A model generated the notes under the pieces. That model saw nothing but the letters and a program-made list of their open reading frames with translations, did not search any database and had not been told where the DNA came from. A program made the translations under genes and the position numbers. From the NCBI RefSeq assembly GCF_964355755.1, contig NC_092670.1:30678388-30742387 (forward strand): 64,000 nt of DNA, written 5' to 3'. Numbering within the stretch: the stretch's first letter is position 1; every line of letters starts with the position of its first letter. The stretch comes from Antedon mediterranea (Eukaryota > Animalia > Echinodermata). Of the stretch, positions 52,801 through 64,000 are shown in pieces.

Positions 52801-55800
52801 AATGAACAATTCATATTGAGTTGAAATTATCTCAAACGAAAACTAATAAACACATGCTCGATCCAATAATACAAACACATCTAAATGTCTAGATCTAGAC
52901 CAGTGTGTTACATACATGAATGAATTGGATTTATATATGAGATGACCCAGTAATTAAAGCTTTGCTTTGGTTTTTACACAATTATATTTATTTTTGTTGT
53001 TAGTATTGCTTATTATTGTTCCTAAATAAAATTATTTGTATTAATTTGTTCGACATAAACTTTGCTAGCTCACAATATAAGACAATTATTATTATTACTA
53101 TCATTAACATGGAGCTAAGTTCTCCATGGTATTAACGACCATTAGTGTAGAATTATTTAAGTAAGTCTAGAGTCGCTCGAGTATTAAGTAATCCCGCTGG
53201 AACATATTCCGTTACTCTTGTATTTATTAATACCTAAAATGTGAAATAAATAATACGAAGAATCTATTAACATTCTAGGTTTGAGGTTCACCTGTAGGTT
53301 AAAGATCATTATATGTAACAAGAGGATAATGATTATTTTTCTGTACTAAGATCAATTTTTACATTAATTTAATAAAATAATTTTGACGATAATGCTTAAA
53401 TAATAAAAGACCGAACTTCTTGTTATATTATTAGTATTCATGAAAATGAAAATGTATGGTAAAAAAATATTTAAAAAAAACTCTTCTTCAATTAACAGAA
53501 GTGAGAGTGGGAAGGATGGAATGCTATCATTACATAAAACACGTGTTCACAGTTTCTTTTCACATGAAGTTCTTTTACAGATCTGAGGTGGTGAAATTGG
53601 TTTATATTATGCATCTTCAGTAAACATTGCATTTTGAAATAACATCACTTTTGGGAGGGACCATTTATTTAGTTTTTAGGTATAGAGGTAACATAGATTT
53701 TACTAATGGAAACAAATTATGATGAGACAATCACATTTTGCTATATAAACGCATTCCAGTCTGATGAGGGTTATTTGAGTCTTCAGGTGTCTACTTATTT
53801 TTTCGACGAGGACAATAATGATAAGCGATTTTAAAAGTTATAATATTTCACATTGCCGAGGGTGTAATCTAAAAGAGTGCAATCGACAATAAAACAGCGC
53901 GTCCGTTTGCAAATATTTCCGCAGAACTAAAACCAATAGTCGGAACAATGTTTACTACATTTAGTGGTTGGAATGGAATTTATTTTATTTAGGCCTTTTG
54001 GCAGTGAATGGCAAACACATTCAACTGAGTAAGATTATTTCAAAGGAGTATCGATGTTTCTACTTAAATTTTATAATACTATGGTAAGGTAACCAATACA
54101 ACAGTACATACATGAGTAATCACGTAAAAGGTAGAATACATGAACAAGCTTATGACAGAGTTTTTTTAGCGCCATCAACAAAATGCAGTACCGTGTCTTC
54201 AAAGGCAACTACTGTCCAACACATATGTTGTATGCCAATTACAGTATAGTTTTAGATTTCTAATGGGTATTCACCCATTAATTTCTTTTTTTGTAGCAAG
54301 ATATTACAATTTTTGTTTTTTTGGTTTAGGAATTTGTATTATGTTACTTATTTGAAAATTGTACAATACATATTTTATACAATATTAGATAAAGAAAAAA
54401 TGGCAATGTTGTGGGTATCAGTGGTTGGATCTAAAAAATAAAATAAGCAAAAAGCTAAATCATCAAAACGTAAAACAGTGTATGCATTAGTATACTGTAG
54501 TTGTAAGCTAATGTTAACGTGTATGTGTCATTGTTAATGTTAGGCGTTGCCATCGGCAGACACGACACGATACGACAGGCTCTGCATAATGTCGTACGAT
54601 TATCAGTTTTTATCAAATCTAGTTAAATTGTATTTCTAGGTAAAATTTAATCTACAGATGAGAGCAATGAAACTGTAGGTCTACCCTGAACCATTCGGTG
54701 ACCTTCAAATAATAACATTTTATTTTAAAACACATTTTTGCTATCACACTAAACACGCACCGTTAGCTCCTTGAGGCAGGCAATAGATTGTTTCCATTAT
54801 GCTGATACATTCAACTTATGAAAGTAATCACCATTTTAACCTTTGCTTTCGGCATATTTACGTTAGTTTTATTGAATGTGAATCCCAATAGACAAAAAAA
54901 GTAATTCATGTGAACTATTAGTTATAATATTCATTGTATTGTTATGGCAAAAGCGTTTGATATTTTATTGCTTTAACGTTTGGTATTTGATGAATAGCAA
55001 CACTGAGAAAATCAAAAACATTGGATGGATGAATGGACACGTTAATGAATGCGTTTTAATTTGTTAAAACTAAACGCTACAGTATAATAAAGCGATACAT
55101 CGGTATGTCCCGGGCGAGTAGTGGTCAACAACATTATACACAAGCCTAAGTAACCCGCAAATGAGAAGTATAAAACAAAGCGTTTGATTTAAGACTACTG
55201 CAAATATGTGTGAAATGAACTTCAAACTTTAAATTTACCTTGTTGTATTATAATAGATAGAATAATGTTCGAGATTAATGTTATTTCGATTGATGAATAA
55301 AATATTATTGTATCATTGTATATTGTTTGTAGTATATTGTGATATTGAATTTCTAATGAAATAAATCACACATTATATCAAATAAACGCTAGGCCTATAT
55401 TATGAATAATATGTTAGGGTTAGGTTAGGTTTGCTTAGGACGTTTTTAGTACTAATTAGGCCTACGTTTTCCTAAAAAGGGTTGTGTATTAAAGAATATT
55501 CCCGAGAGATAATTGTATACAGTGTGTATTATAACACAAAAGTGTCCCTGCTATTTCTTGGTTAATTTCAAATCGTGCTGTGGATTATATTCTCCTATTT
55601 TAACAATCGGGTAGGCTATTTATGCGACACGCACGCTTTTTGAGAAGTGTGTGCACATTTAGTTCTAAAAACGCGACCAGTCTGCTACGAAATATTAAAG
55701 ATTGGCAGAAATCTACGACTTTCCATTTGAATTGCTTATAGCTTGATATTCCTTTCGCGTCAACGTTTATTTACGCCGATGTTGACCAATCGGATTAAAT

Positions 55801-58800
55801 GTTGTGACAGAGCTAAGTTATATATTTATATTATATAGACTTGCACTGATAAAGGGCTAGTGTTGCCCGAAAGCTCTGCTAACTTTTCTGGCTGTTTTAC
55901 TTTATTGTTTTGATTTAGCTTTTAACGCTTTTTTTTGTAACTCCACTGAGAGTATTCGTGACATTCGTGTGACGACGCACCACAGGTTGTTGAGTATTCC
56001 GCGCATGCTCATTTGTTTCTGAGCGTGCGCAGAATAACTTTTTAAATCAATTATAGTCGAGTTATGAAAAAAAAAAAGCAATTCGCTAAGCAGTACAACG
56101 CACCATACTAATGATATTCATTAAGATGTTTTGCCTAAAGAAGAGCTGTATCTGTTGATTTTACTAAACTAAACAGGCATTCAATCCTGTCACGAACGAA
56201 TCATGTATGATTAAATTAAACAAACGTACGTTTATACGGATAAAATATTGTAACTATTTAAAAAAAATCGTCTCAGCTATATTTTTTAATCATATTTATT
56301 ATACTCACGTACCAGACAATCGGATACTTAGCATTGTTGTTATAAATCACATAAGCAAAACAGATTTCTTAAAATGCCTATTAATTATTTACCTCTTCAT
56401 TACAGGTCTTTTTTCTTGTCCTATTAAGCACATGCACGTTTTTAATTTTGTGTGTTGTGAATAACAATTTATTGCTGTAATCTCAAAAGTGAAAATTTAA
56501 AATGTCCCATGGGTCAAGTGAGAAATATCAAAACGACGACGAATTCTTCAAGATGACACATATTAAAACATTCACCTTTGATTGGTTAATTTCGCATCAC
56601 GTGCCGTTGGATATTTTTGTTTATTACAAGGTAATCGTTCTATTCAATAGATTATTTATATGCACGCTCTGCATTTTGTACACAACGGTATAGAGATGCG
56701 ATATGGCAAATCACGGTACATTGTGCGCGTTATTTCTGATTTATATCGCAGCAAAAAATGTTAGTGTTTACTTAGGCCTAACCCTCGAATAATAGTATTA
56801 CAACTAATGAATTGCTATATTTTGTTGACTTGAATATATAAAACAGTTTATTTATTGGATACTACAGTATCTGGCGCAAATTTTGCATTCAAGTAAGAAG
56901 GAATTCATTATTCAGATTCGGTTTAATTGGTAAAAAGAAACACATTTTGGCATACATGGCGTCTCATACATACAACTGAGCCGGAATCTAGACGGACAAA
57001 AATCAAATAAATGAATGAATGAATACTAACACAAGTAAGTAAGTAAATAACTAGAGACTTACCGGATCAACATAAAAATACAAAATAACTGAGAATAGAG
57101 AAAGTGTGTATAAACAAATAAAGGATGCCAGTAGATTAGCGTGGATCTTGTTCCTCTTTACTCGCAGAGCTCTGAAAAGAATTACAACACAATACAGTAT
57201 TTACGTATCAAAAAATAGCATTGCAAAATACAGTATTGACCAAGGCGGATAAAAGGGAATATCCGGGATTGTATATACAATTGTAGAAATAGAAGGGCTG
57301 TCAATATTACTTTTGGTTATGGTGAGGGTTAAAGGTCATTAGTTTCTATGAAAATGGTATATACTCTTCAGTCTACAAGTAACCAAGCATATAATTTTGT
57401 GTAACACAATACTTCTTAATTATTAATTATACGCGGCACAATTGTTTTATTTTCTTTAAAAAAATGTTTAACAGTTACTTAAAGTTAAAGAGGCATACGT
57501 GGTCTTAATGTTACAACAGAAGCGGCAGAAAATTAACGCCGCAACATTGTGTCTGGTAATAATGACAGAATTATAACAGAATATTGTAAACTAAAATACC
57601 ATAATTAAATAACTTAATATAAATCGTAAGAAAAACAACGTCAATAGAAACGTTGGTGATGTAAGGGTATTAAGTTATTGGCTAAAAAACTAATTATTCA
57701 TTAGGGACAAGCGGTACAGACAAAAAAATAAAGCCTCTTTACACAAATGAAGAACAAGCATGTTTGAACTTTCATTTCATTATTTGGAAGAAACATTAGA
57801 AGGAAGTCAACAAAACTATTTCTATAATTATCTTAATTGAGTTCCCTCGTGTTATCTAAGGCTCATACTTTGAAGAGGCTCGTGCCATGGTGGTGTAGGC
57901 CTAACAAAACGATTTCTTTAAATGTCACAGTACTAACCTTATTCCTACTATCATAAAGAAAGCCACCACAAGTGCGATGAGAGACACGGGGTATCCTACC
58001 ATCGATATGTAATTTAAAGCCTAGAAATAGAAGAACAAAAAAAAACAAATGGTATATTTGAGAGCCTACATTATAATAATGTGTACAATCGAGAGCTAGT
58101 ACCGTTGTGAGAATAGTAATGAGTCTCACAGCGCAACATGAAAAGAATAGCTACTGAAATAAATGAGTTTTCAGGAGAGATTTGAATTGAAAAGGGGATG
58201 GAGTGTCGGGGATGGAGTGTAACGGATGGATCGAGAAAGTTGGTTCCGGATCTCAGGTGCCTGAGCAAAGAAGCCCTTAGGCACGGATTTTAGGTTGGTT
58301 CTAGGTGGAGGATCCCATGTGCAGTGGGACATATGATTTAAAAATTTCAATAAGATAATGGGACAGCAGTGCCATAAAGACACTTATATGAACATATTGC
58401 AATCTTCATGTCATGTGTCGTTCATCCATACGACGTCTGAATTGCATTTAAGCCAACTTGAACAAAGCATGTTTCAATATTAATAATTCTTTATATAGGG
58501 AAGGCCTACTATTACAGGTCACGTGGGTTCACATTTCTCTCTTTCATCAACGATGGTTTGTACCGATTAATGTATAACTTAAATAGTACGAGATTGTAAT
58601 GTTTATCGATATTCGGAGACAGTATTTGTTAATGTGTCAGTGCATTGTTGATATTAGATTATTGCATCAAAACAATCAGTGGTCACTATCCCAAACAGAA
58701 CTCGTATGACATCACTGTTACCGTCATCAGCTTTAACATAGTCATGTTAATAGATTTGTGATCAATTGATCCAAGTTAAATCGGTGAAACATATCATCCA

Positions 58801-60018
58801 ATATTGGACCTTTTTGTTGCCACAGTCGTTTGAACCTTACTCACTCATGTATTTCATACACAAAATCCTGCAGAACTTACATCGCAATGATGACATCTAC
58901 AAACGTCACCAGACAATAAGATGTGTTCACATTGCACATTGCTTAATGCGGTCCAGTTTCCGTCTGAATTACAATCATTGTCAGCATTTCCTGAATAAAA
59001 CATAAAAAACACTAAAATTAACATTAATTATTATTAATATTGATAATGTTATCACAATATTGACGATGATAAAATAAATAAACAAACACAGAGATAACGT
59101 AAACACAACGATGGGGAAGATCATTAGTTGTTTCCTTATTGTTGATTTTAAATAGAATTATCCATCTAAATGTTATATCGTGATGAATAACAACATTTCT
59201 TACCCCCGTTTAGTCCATACGCTATATCGAGTTCAACGGGACACGACGCAGTAGCCGTCTGGCCAGCAATGGTTGGAGGCCAGCATATATAGCACTGCAA
59301 TGTAGCTGGACAAAAAGATTTCCCTGAATTCCTAAGCCCTAAAAAATAGAAAACATTATTATTGCGTTAAGAATGTCCAGGAGTAAATGCAGTGAAGATA
59401 TGTTTGTTTGTTTTGTTCTTTTGTATATGGATGTTCTATCCGAAATAAAGAAAATTAATGAATGAATTATAGCCCCACAATTTAATATACAAGTTCAAGA
59501 ATTTCGAAACGTTGCTGGATAGCATATAAGTCCGCAGACTTGTTTCCAATAGGGTCCTTCAGGTTGTGAATTGGGAATTACACCAGGAGAAGAGACGATC
59601 CCTTACTCTTTCAATTCCAAAAGCGTACTACGTTCTTAAACGTGCACATGAGCCATGTTGCACACGGGACCAGCAGCGTACCATCCAAAAGACGGCGGTC
59701 CTCTATCTACATGTACAGTACTCCAACTCGCAAGTTGGAACACTTGAATCGTGAAACCTATGGTCTTTAACGGTACTAATTACCACCATTTTGGCAGTTT
59801 ACACTATGCCGCTCTATATACAATATCGTATAATTAATCTAGGCCTACTATACATTAACTGAACATGTGAACGATGTTATATCTAAAGCAATTGGTAGTG
59901 ATTACTTACGCATTTCTTCGTATTCGTATCTTTCATTGCAACCTACTTCTAACTTATGATACGATGAGTAATCAGAACTATAATCGGATGGAACCGTGTC
60001 GGCGTAGTCAGCTGCCAT
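40498..60018 (-). CDS. Class B1 (secretin-family) GPCR, subtype unassigned; complement join(60018-59910,59338-59204,58990-58881,58020-57938,57171-57063,52677-52512,49810-49717,48161-48099,46526-46454,46251-46166,45827-45629,40890-40498), 1620 nt, 539 aa
   Basis: Twelve GT-AG exons in consistent phase. ECD motifs CWPPT..G....CP and C..DG.W; TM1 VGYPVSL, TM2 RNKIHANL, TM3 NFVWMSVEGFYL, TM4 GWGPP, ECL2 CW, TM7 QGLAVAILYVFMNSEV. Confidence 0.92.
45629..45827 (-). CDS. GPCR exon 11 (TM6-TM7-helix 8 start); reads through to TAA at 45512 if unspliced
   Basis: acceptor TTTTCAAAG, internal donor AAA|GTAAGC after EVQTK; ORF stays open for 38 more codons. Confidence 0.88.
46166..46251 (-). CDS. GPCR exon 10 (TM5-ICL3 MNVFFLAMILKVLLPKIKA...)
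   Basis: acceptor CTTTAG, donor TT|GTGAGT, 86 nt. Confidence 0.88.
46454..46526 (-). CDS. GPCR exon 9 (CWWTEH...IITPILLLLA)
   Basis: acceptor TTTATACAG, donor GCT|GTAAGT, 73 nt. Confidence 0.9.
48099..48161 (-). CDS. GPCR exon 8, symmetric 63-nt ECL2 exon (DYSYSYYSNYSQHGAYDTDSSN)
   Basis: acceptor TATTTCAG, donor AA|GTAAGT, phase 2-2, open in frame; not needed to keep frame. Confidence 0.62.
49717..49810 (-). CDS. GPCR exon 7 (TM4-ECL2 GPPAILILCQTMAYVFQENKESTSQEPTEYQ)
   Basis: acceptor TTTTTCAG, donor GA|GTAAGG, 94 nt; completes GWGxP and has the required phases 1 to 2. Confidence 0.82.
52512..52677 (-). CDS. GPCR exon 6 (TM3-ICL2-TM4 start APPLC...WMSVEGFYL...LLGW)
   Basis: acceptor TTTTGCAG, donor G|GTAAGA, 166 nt. 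Confidence 0.92.
55843..55879 (+). ncRNA. Minimal type I hammerhead-like motif, Penelope pLTR type (core variant)
   Basis: GCA-CTGATAA-A-GGGC-TAGTGTT-GCCC-GAAA-GC-TC-TGC. Confidence 0.5.
57063..57171 (-). CDS. GPCR exon 5 (ICL1-TM2 ALRVKRNKIHANLLASF...YVDP)
   Basis: acceptor TTTTCAG, donor CCG|GTAAGT, 109 nt. Confidence 0.9.
57938..58020 (-). CDS. GPCR exon 4 (TM1 ALNYISMVGYPVSLIALVVAFFMIVGI)
   Basis: acceptor TTTCTAG, donor AG|GTTAGT, 83 nt. Confidence 0.88.
58150..58345 (-). mobile_element. Small L2/CR1-type LINE C-terminal remnant
   Basis: PRTNLKS..GFFAQAPEI(R)NQLSRSIR resembles the P.T......F...AP..WN.LP..IR motif. Confidence 0.45.
58881..58990 (-). CDS. GPCR exon 3 (ECD: NADNDCNSDGNW...CEHILLSGDVCRCHHCD)
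   Basis: acceptor TTATTCAG, donor GAT|GTAAGT, 110 nt. Confidence 0.88.
59204..59338 (-). CDS. GPCR exon 2 (ECD: FCPATLQCYICWPPTIAGQTATASCP)
   Basis: acceptor TTTTTTAG, donor G|GTAAG, 135 nt. Confidence 0.9.
59910..60018 (-). CDS. GPCR coding exon 1 (MAADYADTVPSDYSSDY...GCNERYEYEEM)
   Basis: AAAATGG start with an in-frame TAG 7 codons upstream; acceptor at 60046-60048 implies an upstream UTR exon; donor C|GTAAGT phase 1. Confidence 0.78.
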
Positions 60019-63000
60019 TTTGTGTCTATCTAATGTCTACAAATTCTGAAATTAAACAAAACATACACGTTAAAATAATAGTTCAACGTCTACGAAACAT
60101 AAGAGGACAACGCGAACTAACGCATGGTACTTATAAACTAACAAATGCGTAAATGTTGGTTAGATTGTAATTTCAACTTTCTCCTGCAATAGAGAGCTTT
60201 TGAAATTGTACGAATAACACATGGTCAACTCATATATTTCTGAGCGTGTTCAGAGTGACTTTTTTCCCTCGACAGCTCTGCAGTCGATTGGTGTAGTGAT
60301 AACGATAGTACCGTTCAGTAAATATTAACTTTCGTCCAATAACAGACGAGTCTATCGCCCTCTTTTAATATTAGATCAAATTAGATTTCTTCAAGAAACA
60401 GATCAATGCAGGGACCGAGTTTCACATTTGTGTGTGAAGTTTAATTAGGTACGGGTTTTTGTTTATCTGTGAAAAAAATGATCTCTGTACTGGTTTCAAT
60501 CAAATCAATCATTTTGAATAATTGATTTCGAACGGACTGTGAACAGGACACGGCGGGTGTACTTTGGGCAGATTCAATCTCAGCATGGGGAGGCTGTGCC
60601 CTTCATCTGGATCCTATACCGGTACATTTACTTTAGCGCTAATTTCGGTTATGGCAAACACGATATGACATAAACATACGCATATTGATATTTTAAGAAA
60701 CAGGTGTAATATTATTGGTATCTTGATTGGGTGTATAACTGTTAAGCATGGTATTCATTCGGGTTCTGGTTATTGGTCAATGTTCAGGTTCTAGGTCAAA
60801 GTTCGTCTTATAGCGAAGGTGTAAAAAGACCTTTTGGGATCGAAGAAGATTTATTCTAATTAATTAAAAAGTGTAAACCTTCATTAACCTAATTATAGCT
60901 ACTAATTGAGAAGATGGTTCTTGTTGTTATTTGGAGCTTGTTTAATACCCAGGAATGACATAAACATTGTTGATTGATTTTCATCACGTGCGTTCCATGA
61001 CGCAGATTATCATTCTCGATGTCGTGTAATTAAATTTGTTTAAAATTGCAACATTGTGTTATGGTATGACACAGTATATAGATATAGAATGTCATAACAT
61101 TTACACTGCAATTAAATATATCCGATTACTACAATATCATCATAATAAATCTGATCTAAGTGCTGAAACTGGTTCACAATCAGTAAAGTCAATATTCGAT
61201 TCTGGTTTGGTAATAGACGGAAAACTATCTACACTGAGCAGCTCTTTTCCGTTTAACCACCCGTCCGCTTGGCCTTACAGTGTAAAATGGTCATAATTAT
61301 TTAAATAAAATATATTCTATTCATTTTGTTTCGTTTACCGCTTTTATGTAAAAATTGGCATAACAGTGTAAATTACCATCAACACTGATTTTGCCATAGA
61401 CAATACAATATAACCGACCAAACATTGCCTCAAGACCAATCTTTTATTTTAGTGACACGCAGATGCAATTTAAAAGTAATCATAGAAAACAATATCTTAA
61501 CCATTGAGATAGCATACTAATCACATGAAAGCGATTATCACACACTCCTCCCGAGAGGCTTTCTGAAACCCGTCTTGATTGGTCATACAAGTTGTGGTTA
61601 ATTAAAATGCGCCAAAATTTACAATCACAATTATCGGACGCGATAATTTGTTTGTGGTTGTTGGCACATAGAAAGCATCGAGTGCATTGGATAAAGAAGA
61701 AACTGTTTCTTAGAACATAGCGTCATGTTTATACGGTTAATCTGATTAGACACAATACAACGCTTGCTTTACAACAAATCCAACACGACATATTTCAGTT
61801 TATTGCCACTTTTGAAACTAAGACTTATTTATCTCCGGGGATTCATTATAAATAAGTAAAATAGGGTTATTAAGAAAAAGGTCACGGCAGGATAATTATG
61901 TTATGGATTGTACCATATTTTTGCAACGTTAATGATCATATTCATTCGTTGGTTGTTTGTTTGTTGGTTTGTCCAGATGCGAAATACATTGCAGGTCATA
62001 ACATAATATAGGCCTATTAAACTTTAATTTTATTAACAAAGGCCTCTATAAATTAAAAAAAAGGAAGAAAAACGATAATATTAATATCAAAGCAATATAA
62101 CAATTAACTAATACAAAAAATCCCGATTGAGTTGAGTAATAATGTCACAAAAAACAAAATATAAGTTACTTTGCTTTGTTGTATACGCTAAAATAAGTTG
62201 TCCATGTTTCGAAGATTGTAAGCCTAATTGTTGAACTATAGACAAAACGTAGGTCTACATCGGTATAGCTAAAATAAAGACGTACAGACGATAAACCTGT
62301 ATATGACACACTGGAAGTACAGAATTCCTGGTTTTAAAATGTTATTTAATAAGGCGACATAAAGTATAGGGTAAATTCTTATGATTGTTTACCTTTGACG
62401 ATGTTTGAGATTGGTATACTTAATTGTATTGGGTATACCTAAACAATTTACAAAAACTGACAATATCTAAATAATGACGTCCAAAGCCAATACATATGAC
62501 GTAACTAAACACAGATGTTGTTTAAATATGATAAGATACAACATAGGCTATTTAAGTATATAGTAAACGTACGGTAGACTATAGTAGCCCTGACCAGCAA
62601 ATGAGACAGTTTGTCTTGCAATTGCCGCCAGATAGACAAGATTCAACGCAGTAGTCTGGACCTAATAGCTTTTGATCAACGTTAAAACGAGATGCTATAT
62701 TGGCTGTCGATTGACAATATAAACATAGAAATAAAGAAACATTTAGATCCATTGTAAGTCAATCACCACTCCGTGGAGGATACTATCACGTACGTAGAGA
62801 TGAATGGTTTTATACGAATGACATTGGTACAGCAGCAGTAAAGCGGTTAATGTTATTAAAATGACATATTCGTAAAAGGTTAAATGATCACACCGACAGA
62901 AAACAAAACACTTTTAGGCAATCTCGAATGATGTTGAAAAGAGTTGTATGCTAGTAGTACGCCTTTGCACGATTACTTTGATCAATTAGGCCTATACAAG

Positions 63001-63019
63001 GCCTAGGTGCCTAGTAAGA

Positions 63020-63707
63020 CATCTCTCACAGATTTTGTCCTATTTAAGGACACAATAAAAATATAAGTATATTTATTAGATGAAGTAGATTTTGAAGGAG
63101 CATCCTTAAATTTTAAACTTCGCTCAAACACATTAGCATTGGATAGCAGAGTTTCTAGATGGTCTGAAGAAAATAATGGTTTTTGTACAATTTGTAACAT
63201 TAATCAAGAGGAAACTATAAGACACTTCCTGTTTATCTGTCCTGCTCTTACAAACATATTAAGATTGGAAGAGTTGGATAAGCTTGAACATGCATTAATT
63301 AATTATAATAATATCTGGAATGAATTTTTCAAACTCAACTATCGATAATAAACTGTATTATGTTTTAGGATCAACAGCTATTCCTCTATACCTAATGAAG
63401 TAGAGTAGATTTTTGATAGATTTTGTAAACTTTATGTCAAGAGAGCTTGGAAGAAAAGATCAGAAATTAAGCATGTTCAATCTTTATAGTAGATTAAGAT
63501 CTGTATTACTGAATATTATCAGTTAATTTAAGTTTTAAATTGTTATTTTGTTGGGAGACTTTAGTTAATGTTTATAAATTCTTTTTTTACATATTTGTTT
63601 AGTTAAGTTTGTGAATTTGTAACTTTTACTTAAGAACGCACCAATTGTCATTGATTGAGTGCCACCGATTTAAAGGTGTAAGTTCAAATAAATAAATAAA
63701 TAAATAA
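63020..63707 (+). mobile_element. Non-LTR retrotransposon 3' remnant with C-terminal Cys/His motif and (TAAA)n tail
   Basis: FKLRSNTLAL...CTICNINQEETIRHFLFICPAL, stops downstream, (TAAA)n at about 63687-63707. Confidence 0.75.
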
Positions 63708-64000
63708 ACAAACTAAATTGGTACAGTATAACGTTAGTCAGAGTCAAATGAAATACCGGTACTACGGTAATCAACCAAATGAAAAGAAAAAACAAAATGT
63801 TAAACTGTATATGATTATAAATTGTTCGATTTTAAACTGCATTTTAAGTGGAGAGAGGCACTAAATAGATAATTCTTGGTCCTCTCTCCATGAAGGTTGC
63901 CTGTCACATAATGCTTGGTATTTCTTTTTTAATGTATTTATATGTTTCATATGGACAGTTTGTCTGAAATAAAGTTGAATTTTATTGAAAAAAGGTGATA

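Overview
AT-rich eukaryotic genomic DNA from an animal (inferred marine invertebrate, possibly an echinoderm; not provable from sequence alone). Most of the supplied ORF track is spurious. By hand-splicing at GT-AG sites with full phase consistency I recover two convergent multi-exon genes. (1) + strand, 12652-27026: 8 coding exons, 418 aa, YeeE/YedE (TsuA-like) sulfur/thiosulfate transporter family, best known from prokaryotes but here with 7 spliceosomal introns and a promoter carrying clustered HRE/E-box cores. (2) - strand, 60018-40498: 12 coding exons, 539 aa (447 aa read-through isoform), an atypical class B1 (secretin-family) GPCR with no signal peptide, four extra ECD cysteines including CRCHHC, loss of the ECD Asp/Arg pair and the TM6 proline, a Tyr-rich symmetric cassette exon in ECL2 and two possible C-termini. 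Non-coding DNA holds two 5S-headed SINEs with different bodies, a hAT-type element with an 8-bp TSD, Harbinger-type MITEs, a HINE/DINE-1-like element, LINE remnants, (CAT)n tracts, minisatellites, tiny TIR+7-bp-TSD scars resembling P-element excision footprints, a Penelope-type minimal hammerhead motif and about 29 copies of the palindrome TAGGCCTA. All family assignments come from motif recognition, not database searches.
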